A DNA stretch of 64,000 bases from an uncultured delta proteobacterium (GCA_963758155.1 CAVWUP010000007.1:12823-76822), one strand, 5' to 3'. Positions 37,517 to 46,917 are shown, counted from the first letter of the stretch. The notes: a model not told the origin generated them from the sequence alone. Numbers and translations are program-made.

Positions 37517-37833
37517 GGCAGCACCACGGCCAATTCGCACGTCTCACAGGGGAACCAGTCCGCCTCGGAACCACAAATCTCGCAGCGGCCGACCCAGCCA
37601 AGGTACTGGCCGTGGCAGGTCACGCATTCCCAACGCGCAGCTACCGCGTTCGCGTGGCCATTCGGACAAGCGAGAGATGCCGCCCAGAATGCCGGCAGGT
37701 TCTTAAGCCAACGAACGGCCCGCGGAAAAAAAGCCACCGCCACGAACACACCCACGATGGCGAACACGGGCGTCATGATGAGCATTACCCCCACGCGCGT
37801 GACCGAGATGCGCTTTGCCGCGGGCCCCGTCAT
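37498..37833 (-). CDS. membrane-anchored zinc-ribbon protein
   Basis: TM helix, then CPNGH...CVTCHG...CEICG...CETC. ATGA overlap with the upstream ATPase stop. Confidence 0.5.
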   Translation of the reverse strand: MTGPAAKRISVTRVGVMLIMTPVFAIVGVFVAVAFFPRAVRWLKNLPAFWAASLACPNGHANAVAARWECVTCHGQYLGWVGRCEICGSEADWFPCETCELAVVLPWRKFE

Positions 37834-39455
37834 CTTTGCACCCGTGGCCAGCGTGGCGGACCAAGAATTGCCGTCGGATCATCAACGACATCTGTGGTCA
37901 GTGCCGGCGGAGGTAATGGGAGTGGCGGCCTTTCGAGTTCAGCAATGGGAACTGCCGCGCTCCCCACCCTAAGCCGGCGCGCGGTTTCGACGGGCAGAAA
38001 TGCCGGAACTTCAACGTCGACATCGAGAGCACGCACGAGCTGTGCTTTGTACGGAACGCGCCGCTGCCAGAAATAGTAGGTTCGGTCCGGAAGATGTGTG
38101 ACGCCGTCCACGAGCCTAGCCAGTTCTTCCGGCGCGGTCAGGTAGGGGCTCTTTGGTCTCTCTTCCCAGGGCTGGGCTGGCTCGCGCGGGTGGCGACCAG
38201 TCACCGGGAGCATGTGGGCCATGGCCTTGGCGTCCTCGCTTGCCGCCGAGAACAACGCCTGGTGGCTGGTGTTCGTGGCCACGACCTTGGGGAGCGAACT
38301 CGAGATCCTGGCCGCGCCTGCAAGTGACTGGCTGATCAACATGAGCGCGACGCCCCGCGATCTCGCCATTGCCAAGACCCGCTCGTAGTTCTCTGCAGTC
38401 TCGTCGCCAGCGGCCAGACCCTCTTGCCATTCGTCCACTGCCATCAGCACCGGCCGCCCTGCCTCTTCCGGGCTACGTTCGAAGATCGCACGGGTTGTCT
38501 TGAGGGTGATGAGCCCGCCCCACCAGCGCGCAATGTCCTCGCAGCCGAGTGGCGGGTTGCCCAGGTTCGCCACGACGATCTTGTCGCGCATCAGCGAACG
38601 AAAGTCGATGCAGCCGCGTGCCCCCAACATCAAGCGCGTTGCAGGCAGACGCAGCAACCGGCTGAACCGCGCTTGCAGGCCGGCAGCCGAGGTAACCGGG
38701 ACCGGGCGTGCTTCGACGAAGAAACGTCGCACGTCGGCGTTCGGACTCCGCGCGGCCACGGCCGCGCGAGCGGCGGGATCCATGATCAGCGGCACCAGAT
38801 CCGGCAAGCCGAGATGACCGTCGCACACGCCCATCAAGAGCAAACTGAACAAAAGTTGGTCCTGTACGACACCCGTAGGCGCCCTGGTCATCCGCTCGAA
38901 CATCGATGCCACCTCGTAGGCCTGAGCCTCCGGTGGGACGGGGCTGTCGGGCTCACGGGCGAGAACATTGAGGGGCACGAGCCCTCCCTCAGCGAAAGGA
39001 TCGATTACGACCAGAGCGTCTATCAGCCGATTCGCGTGCTGGGGTGGAAGTTGGTCAACGAGTTCCGCGATGAGGTCACGAATCAGGGTGGCCAGATCGC
39101 CCTTGAAGTCTGTGAGGTAGATGCGCGCCGACGACGGTGACAGAACGAACAGTCGCAAGAGTTCCCTGATGATTCCAACCACCAGCCGAGTCTTGCCGGT
39201 TCCTGTGCGTCCCAACACGAGGCCGTGCCCGGCGCCCAGGAGGTCAGGGAGATTCAAGGAAACCGCGAGCGACGGGTCGAGGGCGCTAGTACCGATCCTT
39301 ATGGCCCCCGGCTGCTGGGCCAACCGCTCCATGTCTGTACGGAAGCGTGGATCAATCTGATCCCGCGCTGTGGCCCTCGCCATCGAGGCATTCTCGCGTG
39401 CCCCGGCGACAGCGCGGTCGAGGTCGATCCGACGAAACCAACTCGAAGCACCCAT
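37830..39455 (-). CDS. TraD/TrwB/FtsK-like coupling-protein ATPase
   Basis: Walker A GRTGTGKT, Walker B VLMAVDEWQ. Size and context (Replic_Relax, int) fit a DNA-transfer ATPase. Confidence 0.65.
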   Translation of the reverse strand: MGASSWFRRIDLDRAVAGARENASMARATARDQIDPRFRTDMERLAQQPGAIRIGTSALDPSLAVSLNLPDLLGAGHGLVLGRTGTGKTRLVVGIIRELLRLFVLSPSSARIYLTDFKGDLATLIRDLIAELVDQLPPQHANRLIDALVVIDPFAEGGLVPLNVLAREPDSPVPPEAQAYEVASMFERMTRAPTGVVQDQLLFSLLLMGVCDGHLGLPDLVPLIMDPAARAAVAARSPNADVRRFFVEARPVPVTSAAGLQARFSRLLRLPATRLMLGARGCIDFRSLMRDKIVVANLGNPPLGCEDIARWWGGLITLKTTRAIFERSPEEAGRPVLMAVDEWQEGLAAGDETAENYERVLAMARSRGVALMLISQSLAGAARISSSLPKVVATNTSHQALFSAASEDAKAMAHMLPVTGRHPREPAQPWEERPKSPYLTAPEELARLVDGVTHLPDRTYYFWQRRVPYKAQLVRALDVDVEVPAFLPVETARRLRVGSAAVPIAELERPPLPLPPPALTTDVVDDPTAILGPPRWPRVQR

Positions 39456-39461
39456 GACAGC

Positions 39462-39839
39462 TCACGCCGCGGGTGGATCTCCGTCCTGCGCTTGAGGCAA
39501 GTTCGGCGCGGGCGGCAGCGCGCGGCGACGCACTCGCATTGCCCTCCGATCCCCCTCGCGCCCAGTCGCTCGGGCCTCAAGCCAGGAATAACCGATCAAT
39601 GCCAGCACGACAACCAGGACGAGTAAGGCGATGTCGCCCGTGCCCGGGCCGTCCACGCCCTGCAGAAGCCCCTCGCCATGACAGTCCCGCAGACTCGCGA
39701 AGGTCAGGCCGCAGATCAGGATGACCGCCCCCCACGTCAGGGCATTGGCGGCATCGGTCGGATATCCGAGCCGCCGAACCAAGAACCGACCCACAACCGA
39801 GGCGAGGCCGAGCGCGAGAAGGAAGCCAACGACGATCAT
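39462..39839 (-). CDS. small polytopic membrane protein
   Basis: Three hydrophobic segments. ATGA overlap with the JAB stop. Confidence 0.45.
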   Translation of the reverse strand: MIVVGFLLALGLASVVGRFLVRRLGYPTDAANALTWGAVILICGLTFASLRDCHGEGLLQGVDGPGTGDIALLVLVVVLALIGYSWLEARATGREGDRRAMRVRRRALPPAPNLPQAQDGDPPAA

Positions 39840-40843
39840 GGCTCTGTACACATGGGCAAGTCGCCGGCCATGTCGATCCGCGCGACCTGGCAGATCTCGC
39901 TTTCATTCACGGTTGCGGTTGTGGATTGAAGAGTCGCACCTTCTCCTCGGGCTCGTTCCATGTCCGTGAGCCTGCGTTCAATCTCGACGGTCCTTTCATC
40001 GATCCGGGCCACGTGACCCCAGAGCGCGATGATCGCAAGAAGTGTCAACACCGCAACCGGGGCGGCCAGTTTCGGCCAAACACGGCGCATGGATGGAGCA
40101 GCGCTAGGGGGTGTCGGAATTGCGGCCGGTGGCTTGCTCTCGGTCTCCGGCTCGGCCATCTCCGGGACCTTGGGCTGCGGCCCGAAGGGCTTGAGCATCT
40201 CCCCCTCGGGTCCCCTGTACACCCCCAGCCTGGGCTCACTGAACGGATCGACGACGATGCCGATGGAGTGCGGCTGGGTCCAGGTCGACTGGTTCTTGAA
40301 ATCGGTACTTGAGTAGCGGGCGCCGTAGCGGATGTGACCATGCACCCAGCCCACCGGTATGCAGTCTGGATACAGCAATCGCGCCGCCATGCGGGTCCGC
40401 ATTTCGGAACCGAAGGACGTCCGAACGAATCCGCGCTGCGCGTCCGCTTCCGGATCTGGTACGACACCCAGGATGACGACATGATGTCCGACATCATCTA
40501 GATACACACGGCCGACCAGCAACCCGTACCACTCGCGCGGCGCCGCCTGCTTGCCAAGAACTATCGTTCGTTCCACGACAGACTCGGGAATCGCAACCTC
40601 GAAGCCCGTCGCCCCGCCGTACAAGACGTAGCCCGTTCTAGCTGAATGCCTTGGCGCGCGCCGAACGGGCTCGTCGACGACGCCCACCGGTGTGAAGCTT
40701 GGGACCGATCCGACCGTTCGTATCCGACCAGGCCTTACGGGCGGGGCGCGAAGCAACACAAAAGGATGGCGAGGCTGGACGTGTGGGGCTCTACACGGTG
40801 GAGTATCGGTTCCCAATCCTGATCGACGCGGGACCAACGACAC
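39836..40843 (-). CDS. JAB/MPN (JAMM) metallopeptidase with C-terminal TM helix and coiled coil
   Basis: EWYGLLVG (Glu), GWVHGHIRYGARYSSTD (HxH...S..D). Probable true start near 40620 (GTG/TTG). C-terminal TM (VAVLTLLAIIALWG). Confidence 0.75.
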   Translation of the reverse strand: MSLVPRRSGLGTDTPPCRAPHVQPRHPFVLLRAPPVRPGRIRTVGSVPSFTPVGVVDEPVRRAPRHSARTGYVLYGGATGFEVAIPESVVERTIVLGKQAAPREWYGLLVGRVYLDDVGHHVVILGVVPDPEADAQRGFVRTSFGSEMRTRMAARLLYPDCIPVGWVHGHIRYGARYSSTDFKNQSTWTQPHSIGIVVDPFSEPRLGVYRGPEGEMLKPFGPQPKVPEMAEPETESKPPAAIPTPPSAAPSMRRVWPKLAAPVAVLTLLAIIALWGHVARIDERTVEIERRLTDMERARGEGATLQSTTATVNESEICQVARIDMAGDLPMCTEP

Positions 40844-41352
40844 CGAGAGTGACGGTGAAGTTGGACCTATTGGCAGGCGGCAACTATCCCTTCAGCGATC
40901 CGGCAGCGATATGTCTCGGGGCGCCCCTCCCTTGGTCGCCTCACTTCCACCCCAGCAGCGGCACCGTTTGCCTAGGTGATGCATGGAGAAGCGCTCAGGG
41001 GCGGATGCTGGCCGGACAAATCGTTGTCCACATAATGCGCCTGCTCAACTTCGACGAGCCCGACCAAGAACGATATGGCGGCTGGAATCCGCCAGCGGTT
41101 CGGTACTGGCGATCAATTCTGGGGACCCGGCCACTCCATCCCGATCTGCAGTATCCGGTCTTGCCCGCGGAGGTCACGCATGCACTGTACGACGCGAACA
41201 GCAGATTCCAGCCCATCGGCGACGGCTCCGGAAGTAACAGCTTCGTTGGCGCATCAGTGGCGGCGTTCGCGCCCGCACCACTTGAAGTGATGTTCGTGCC
41301 GGTCGGCGATGCGGATGGCGGAGGCTTCCAACCGCTGGGAGGTGCCCTATGA
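40699..41352 (+). CDS. E2-like ubiquitin-conjugating fold protein
   Basis: HFHPSSGTVCLGDAW resembles the HPN...G.ICLD E2 active site. Start may be GTG near 40787. Confidence 0.6.
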   Translation: MGPIRPFVSDQALRAGREATQKDGEAGRVGLYTVEYRFPILIDAGPTTPRVTVKLDLLAGGNYPFSDPAAICLGAPLPWSPHFHPSSGTVCLGDAWRSAQGRMLAGQIVVHIMRLLNFDEPDQERYGGWNPPAVRYWRSILGTRPLHPDLQYPVLPAEVTHALYDANSRFQPIGDGSGSNSFVGASVAAFAPAPLEVMFVPVGDADGGGFQPLGGAL

Positions 41353-41477
41353 CGATGGACAACGGAATGTTGGATCGTGTGGCGGACGAAAGGAATCGGA
41401 ATGCAGGCCGCACATGACCCTGTAGTCGAATGCGAGGCGCGTGCGCAGGTGCGCGGGGCTGAGCCTGGCCATGTTCG

Positions 41478-41753
41478 TCAAGCTCCGGCGCTGGTCTCAG
41501 TGACCGGCAGATTGTCCCCGTCCTGCACACCGGCGGCGACGAGCGATGAGGATAGCGGAACGGTCGCGCCCGTGCGCTGCAACTGAAGCGCGTAGGCCCT
41601 TGTGGCGCCAGGTGCCTCGATGAAACCCGCCTTGACCAGACCGTCGATCGCCTGCTTCCCGGTGGTGCCGGGGCCCAACTCGGCCTTGAATTCGCGCGAG
41701 TCGCGCGGATGCAAAAAAACTGCGGTGATCTTTCCGTTCGTGGTTGTCGTCAT
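41478..41753 (-). CDS. ubiquitin-like (beta-grasp) small protein
   Basis: 91 aa, 4-nt spacing from the E1 stop. ...VAAGVQDGDNLPVTETSAGA C-terminus. Confidence 0.5.
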   Translation of the reverse strand: MTTTTNGKITAVFLHPRDSREFKAELGPGTTGKQAIDGLVKAGFIEAPGATRAYALQLQRTGATVPLSSSLVAAGVQDGDNLPVTETSAGA

Positions 41754-41757
41754 GTTC

Positions 41758-43032
41758 CTACTCCTGTTTGGTGTCCTCGTTCTTCTCAGTGGCCGAAGTG
41801 GCCCTGGTGTTACGCTCCTGCCTTCGCGTTTCGAACAGGTCGTCGATGTCGCCGGACAACTTCACTGCGTGCAGCTCTCCCGTCGCGCGGTCCTCGATCT
41901 CGAACACGGCCGCGGGCGGAAGGCCAAGCGTGTGACAGCGGCGCTGCACCAGCGAATGGTCGCCGGCCACCGTCGATGCGACCACCATCCCCCGGTCGCC
42001 AAGCTGGGGCAACTCGGGACACTTTGTGCAGCCCGGAGGCTGGTGTACGCCCCAGAGCGGTTTGCCAATCTCTATGGACGCCCCGCATAAGGCGCAGGGC
42101 ATCTCGACAATGAAGGGCGCCGGCAGCTGCACCACGGGCTCGGTCACGAAGGACCGAGCCGCCTCCAGAACAGCACGCAACGGCTCCTCGCAGCGCACAG
42201 CCAGCGGCCGAATTTCTCCGAGACGGCGGTGAACCCCCGGACAGTTTGGATCGGTGGTCAGATGAAGCACTCTGGTTTGGCCGGTGTGGAGATCGAGAAA
42301 GAACGCCTTCCCACCAAGCGGGAACCGCTGGTGGATCGCCTGGATCGCGTGTTCCGCAGCGAGAGCACCCAGGACCGCCGCCAGCGATTGCGTCGCCGGG
42401 ATAGCGCCCGCCTCAGCCACGCGCCGGGCGTACAAGACGCAGGATGCGGCGCCATCCTCAACCTCGGGATTGAGGCACCGCCAGCAGGCCTCGTCACCGA
42501 CGCGATTCGGGAATACAGATACCTGTCCTCGTGATCCGGAGAAACCGAGTTCCACCAGCGGGATACCCAATAAGCGGGTCGCATCGGCCAGTAGCGCACG
42601 GACCCGTAGCGAGTCGACCGCTGCAATCACCACATCAGATCCGACGAGGGCGCCGAGACCGACCTCCTCGAAACGAGCGACCGCGAAACGTACGATGGGA
42701 TCGTCAGCATAGGAGTTGGCTAGCGCGCCCATGGCTGCCTCGCGCGCCTTGAACCGCACCCGCTTGCCCGCCAGACGGCGACGGTCGAAGAGCGGTGATC
42801 TCGTTAGATTGGATGCTTCGACGCTGTCGAAGTCGATCAGTCGAAGCTCATTGACGCCGGCGAGGGCCATCGTCTGGCCCGCGTTGCAACCACCGGCTCC
42901 CAAGCCCACCACCGTGACGATTGCCGATGACATGCGCGCGCGGTCGTAGCCGGCGAGGGTCTCGCGCGAAAACAAGCCGTTGCTAGTGTTGATGTCCATC
43001 ACGTGCCCTCCCGCATATCCAGCACGGAGCAC
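41758..43032 (-). CDS. E1-like ThiF/MoeB-family activating enzyme
   Basis: VTVVGLGAGGCNAGQTMALAGVNELRLIDFDSVEASNLTR Rossmann/ATP motif, CWRC...CxxC zinc site. Start may be MDINTS (42999). Confidence 0.85.
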   Translation of the reverse strand: MLRAGYAGGHVMDINTSNGLFSRETLAGYDRARMSSAIVTVVGLGAGGCNAGQTMALAGVNELRLIDFDSVEASNLTRSPLFDRRRLAGKRVRFKAREAAMGALANSYADDPIVRFAVARFEEVGLGALVGSDVVIAAVDSLRVRALLADATRLLGIPLVELGFSGSRGQVSVFPNRVGDEACWRCLNPEVEDGAASCVLYARRVAEAGAIPATQSLAAVLGALAAEHAIQAIHQRFPLGGKAFFLDLHTGQTRVLHLTTDPNCPGVHRRLGEIRPLAVRCEEPLRAVLEAARSFVTEPVVQLPAPFIVEMPCALCGASIEIGKPLWGVHQPPGCTKCPELPQLGDRGMVVASTVAGDHSLVQRRCHTLGLPPAAVFEIEDRATGELHAVKLSGDIDDLFETRRQERNTRATSATEKNEDTKQE

Positions 43033-43198
43033 CGACTGGGGTTGCCTTATCTGTTTCGACTAGTGAGAAGTCCGACATTGGTTGGAAGCTCGCAGCGCGT
43101 TTTCCCCTTGGCTTGCGAACCGGCGGGGGAGCCGTTGGACGCGCGTCTAATCTTGTGAGGAGAAAACAAAGACCGAGAATGGCGACCAGCCCGTCCAT
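42983..43198 (-). CDS. small membrane protein with C-terminal CWICGR...DGHQH motif (paralog 1)
   Basis: N-terminal TM helix, then a C-x2-C-x6-H-x-H tail. A paralog is adjacent. Confidence 0.4.
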   Translation of the reverse strand: MDGLVAILGLCFLLTRLDARPTAPPPVRKPRGKRAASFQPMSDFSLVETDKATPVGAPCWICGRARDGHQH

Positions 43199-43213
43199 AG
43201 CGATGCCTTTCCA

Positions 43214-43489
43214 TCAATGACGGCAGAAACCGTCGGGTTGCTTGTGGTTGTGACCGTCTGGTGCACTCTTTGAGCGACCGCACACCCAGCAGGGCTGCTC
43301 CCCTGGCCCCGGCCCCATCACCGGTACAAAGGCATCGGGCGACAAGACGCGTCGGCTTCCCCATGTCCTTCTGTGCCGAGCTTCGAGAGGACGGAACGCG
43401 CGGTCCTCGCGATCCCGCAAGAACTTTGAGTATGCCTGCCCGAGCAGGAAGCCACCGATCAGACATGAAATCAGGGCTGCAATTCCCAT
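43214..43489 (-). CDS. small membrane protein with C-terminal CWVCGR...DGHNH motif (paralog 2)
   Basis: Same architecture as 42983-43198. Confidence 0.4.
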   Translation of the reverse strand: MGIAALISCLIGGFLLGQAYSKFLRDREDRAFRPLEARHRRTWGSRRVLSPDAFVPVMGPGPGEQPCWVCGRSKSAPDGHNHKQPDGFCRH

Positions 43490-43610
43490 CGTTGCCCTCC
43501 TACTCGTCTAATGTCCGGAGCGACCTTCTTCGTTACACCTCCACTGGATGCGCACAGCTTGTTGCCAAAACGTGCCCACCGAGGCCAGTATCATGTAGAA
43601 GGTCACCATC

Positions 43611-44522
43611 ATGGCCACGGACGTGAACACCCTTAGCAGGCTCTTGCAGGCGCTCGCAGAGCGCCGGTGGGAGGACGCCGTGACGCTTGGAGCGGCGCTC
43701 GCCAAGCGCGAGGAGCGCCAGGGGCACTTCCAGGCCGCGCGACGGCTTCGCGGCGCGCTGGGTGAGACCGGCAACGGTGACGCGGGCGAAGTACCTTGGC
43801 GCGCCACCGGCGGGGCGCCATCCGCGCTACGAGCGCTGCTTCCGGTCTCGCCGGTCGAGCTTGAACAGGTCGTGCTCCCACGCCACCTGCGCGAACAGCT
43901 CGAAGAACTCGCCCTCGAGTGGCGACTCCACGAGCAGCTTGAGCAGGCCGGCATGGGCAGGCGGCGCAAGCTGCTGTTCGTCGGCCCGCCAGGCTGCGGA
44001 AAAACACTCACCGCACGTGCGCTCGGCGGGATGACTTCCTTGCCGATCCTTGTGGTCCGGTTCGACGCCATCGTGGGGGCGTACCTGGGACAGACCGCCG
44101 CCCAGCTTCGGGAGGTCTTCGCCTACGCCGAGGCGATTCCGTCGGTGTTGGTGCTGGACGAGATCGATGCCCTTGCCCAACGTCGCGGCAACCCGCGCGA
44201 GGTGGGCGAACTCGACCGGGTGGTCATTTCGCTGATGCAGGAGCTTGAGCACGCGTCGCCCCGCGGCTTCGTGGTGGCCAGTTCGAACTTGCCTAGACTC
44301 CTTGACGAGGCCCTTTGGCGCAGGTTCGACCTGGTGCTGTCATTCCCGGCGGCGGCCCGGCGGGACTTGGTCGCCTTCGCTCGGAGCCGCCTCCGCACGT
44401 GGTCGCTCCGCCCGCCGCGCAATCTGCCCGCTATTCTCAAGGGCGCGAACTCCTACGCTGACGTTGACCGCGTGCTAGGCGACCTACGCCGGCGCACGAT
44501 CTTGCGCCAGCACATGGAGTGA
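43611..44522 (+). CDS. AAA+ ATPase
   Basis: Walker A GPPGCGKT, Walker B VLVLDEID, and sensor/arginine-finger region. Confidence 0.85.
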   Translation: MATDVNTLSRLLQALAERRWEDAVTLGAALAKREERQGHFQAARRLRGALGETGNGDAGEVPWRATGGAPSALRALLPVSPVELEQVVLPRHLREQLEELALEWRLHEQLEQAGMGRRRKLLFVGPPGCGKTLTARALGGMTSLPILVVRFDAIVGAYLGQTAAQLREVFAYAEAIPSVLVLDEIDALAQRRGNPREVGELDRVVISLMQELEHASPRGFVVASSNLPRLLDEALWRRFDLVLSFPAAARRDLVAFARSRLRTWSLRPPRNLPAILKGANSYADVDRVLGDLRRRTILRQHME

Positions 44523-44523
44523 G

Positions 44524-46917
44524 ATGGCCGAGATCAGGGCGCCTCGAACCTTTTTCCTGAACGAAGCCCACGAGCACGCGCGGGGCGAGAAGAAGGGTGG
44601 AGGCGGGGTTCCCAAGTACGCCTCGATCAACTGGCAAGCGAAGGGCGAGCGCATCGCCAAATCCCTGAGGGCAGCGCGAACCGCCGTTCGGCAGTCGCCG
44701 GACCCGGTTCGGGAAACTCGCTTCTTCCTGCTTTCGAAGGCCGAGGCCAAGATCGAGAAGTTCTCCACGGACAAACGGAAGTCCAAGGACGGTCGCGTGG
44801 TCGAGGAGATCCACCCGGCCGGTAAGCACGCTGGGATTTTCCAACGGCTGGGGCTCGACCTTCTTGGGGTGACAGACCGGGGAGAAGCCTTGGTGCACGC
44901 CGAGGCCGACAGACTAGATCGCCTGCTCGCAACCGCGGATGCTCTGGGCTCGGCGGGCCCGCGCGAACAAGCCCGATGGGCGCTTCTGTCGGACTTTCAG
45001 CCCGCGCCGCCCGAGACGCGCGCCGACCCCGAGTGGATCTCGTCCATCCCGCTGAAGACAACAGTGGAGGCCATCGTCGAGATTCAACCGCTCCTCCTGC
45101 GCACGGAGGTTGAGGCCGTGGCCAAAGCTCTGCGCGATTCTATCGCCGGCGATGGCCGCCAGGCAGTCCTCGCAGCCGGGCGGGACTTCTCGGGCCGCAG
45201 TTGGTTCCGCATGCGGCTCTTGCGGCAGACCGTGGACGCGTTTGCCAGGCAGTTCCAGTCAATCCAGTCGATCCACCCCCCACTACGGTCGCCCCTGGCT
45301 GCGGTGAACACCAAGGCGCCCGCGGTCGCAGGCGGCGTCGCGGTTCCACCGATCACAGACGCCAATCTTCCGGCGGTCGCCATCGTGGACGCGGGCATTC
45401 CGCAACAACACCCAGTCCTTGCCCGCTATCGGCGAGGACAATTCCTGCATGCGGAAGCAGGACAACCAGGAACCGACGATCACGCCTCGCGAGTCGCGTC
45501 GCGCATCGTTTTTGGGGACGTCGATGCGAGTAGCGCGGGGTATGTGCCGCCACCCGGCCGGTGTCAGTTCCTGGACGTGGTGGTCCCCGCTTTCCCGGGG
45601 AGCATTGGCAAAATCCCCACCATTGATCTCGACAACAAGGCTATCCAGGATGTCATCGGCGACGTCACGCGCAACTACCCCGACGTGCGCGTGTTCGACT
45701 TCAGCTTCGGAAGCCATCAACCCCTGTCGCGGTTGACTGCCGTGCAAAGGCGCGAGGAACTCATTGGGGTCCAGGATCTCGACAACTTCATCTTCGCGAA
45801 CGACGTGCTTGTCGTCGTGGCGGCCGGAAACTCGCCGCGCGGAGCTGTTCCAAACCAGCAGTACCCGGGGCATGTCGACGATCCAGATTGGGGTCTCGGT
45901 GCCTGGGCGTGCGGGTTCAACACGCTGGTCATTGGTTCCTACGTGGGGCAGCCCCACTCAGACGGCCTGGCCGGACACACCGGGTGGCCAAGCCCGTTCA
46001 CCCGCATCGGCCCAGGGTTGGCGGAAGCGCCGGTCCCCAGCTTCTCTGCGAGCGGCGGCGATTCGACGAGGAACTACGGCTACCAAAGCCCGCTGGGGGT
46101 CTGGACCTGCGGACGTACCGGGTTGTGGGAGGATGCCGTTGGAACCTCGTTCGCCGCGCCGATTGTCGCCCGCGAAGCCGCGATCCTTCTCCAGCAACTC
46201 CAGCGGCACTGCGCACCGGGAATCCCGTGCTTCGCAGCGACAGCGAGGGCATTCTTGCGGCTGGTCGCACGGCGATCTGGCGACCAGCCGTTTCCGCCCC
46301 GTGTCCGGAAACTCGCTGACCTGACGCTCGGACACGGACTGCCCACCGCCGAGCGGCTTGCCCGCCCTCGCGCATCGAGCGCAGTGCTCGTTTGGCAGGG
46401 GACTCTGGAAGATCCTGCGTCGATCGCGCGGGTGCGTGTGCCCGTGCCGCTCGCCTGGGTGGCAGCCGCGCAGCACCCCAGCCTGCGGGTCGTCTGTGCC
46501 TGGAATACACCGGTGAGTGCGGCCGCGCCTGATGTCTGGGCCAGCCGCAAGGTGGTCATGCACCTCAAGCCCACGCTCGGAGCGGAGGCGATCCGGGGCA
46601 AGGGCAAGTCCCACAGGAGCTACCCGATCACCGACAGGGTGTGGCGGCTTGATCGGGATGAGGAGGGCGAACCACGGGCCACGCCACCGTCCGACGAGTG
46701 GGTGGTAGAGTTATTCTACGAGGACGTCGGACCCTATCCCGCCACCCTCCAGATCTCGCCTCAGCAGCAAGTTTCGCTGGTGATGGAGCTGTTCGACGAT
46801 TCGAGCACCCCGATCAGTCCCCAGGAGGAATTGCAGAAGCTGCCCATCGCGGAAACGATGATTCGCCTCGCGGGCGTGGCGCGCGAGGTCCAGGTGCCGG
46901 TGAAGATCCGCGTGTAG
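44524..46917 (+). CDS. subtilisin-like (S8) serine peptidase
   Basis: AIVDAGI (Asp), HASRVASRI (His), GTSFAAPIVA (Ser). 1-nt gap after the AAA+ gene. Confidence 0.9.
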   Translation: MAEIRAPRTFFLNEAHEHARGEKKGGGGVPKYASINWQAKGERIAKSLRAARTAVRQSPDPVRETRFFLLSKAEAKIEKFSTDKRKSKDGRVVEEIHPAGKHAGIFQRLGLDLLGVTDRGEALVHAEADRLDRLLATADALGSAGPREQARWALLSDFQPAPPETRADPEWISSIPLKTTVEAIVEIQPLLLRTEVEAVAKALRDSIAGDGRQAVLAAGRDFSGRSWFRMRLLRQTVDAFARQFQSIQSIHPPLRSPLAAVNTKAPAVAGGVAVPPITDANLPAVAIVDAGIPQQHPVLARYRRGQFLHAEAGQPGTDDHASRVASRIVFGDVDASSAGYVPPPGRCQFLDVVVPAFPGSIGKIPTIDLDNKAIQDVIGDVTRNYPDVRVFDFSFGSHQPLSRLTAVQRREELIGVQDLDNFIFANDVLVVVAAGNSPRGAVPNQQYPGHVDDPDWGLGAWACGFNTLVIGSYVGQPHSDGLAGHTGWPSPFTRIGPGLAEAPVPSFSASGGDSTRNYGYQSPLGVWTCGRTGLWEDAVGTSFAAPIVAREAAILLQQLQRHCAPGIPCFAATARAFLRLVARRSGDQPFPPRVRKLADLTLGHGLPTAERLARPRASSAVLVWQGTLEDPASIARVRVPVPLAWVAAAQHPSLRVVCAWNTPVSAAAPDVWASRKVVMHLKPTLGAEAIRGKGKSHRSYPITDRVWRLDRDEEGEPRATPPSDEWVVELFYEDVGPYPATLQISPQQQVSLVMELFDDSSTPISPQEELQKLPIAETMIRLAGVAREVQVPVKIRV

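Noticed and set aside
38424-39140. 238-aa plus-strand ORF
   Set aside because: It is antisense to the Walker-motif ATPase gene.
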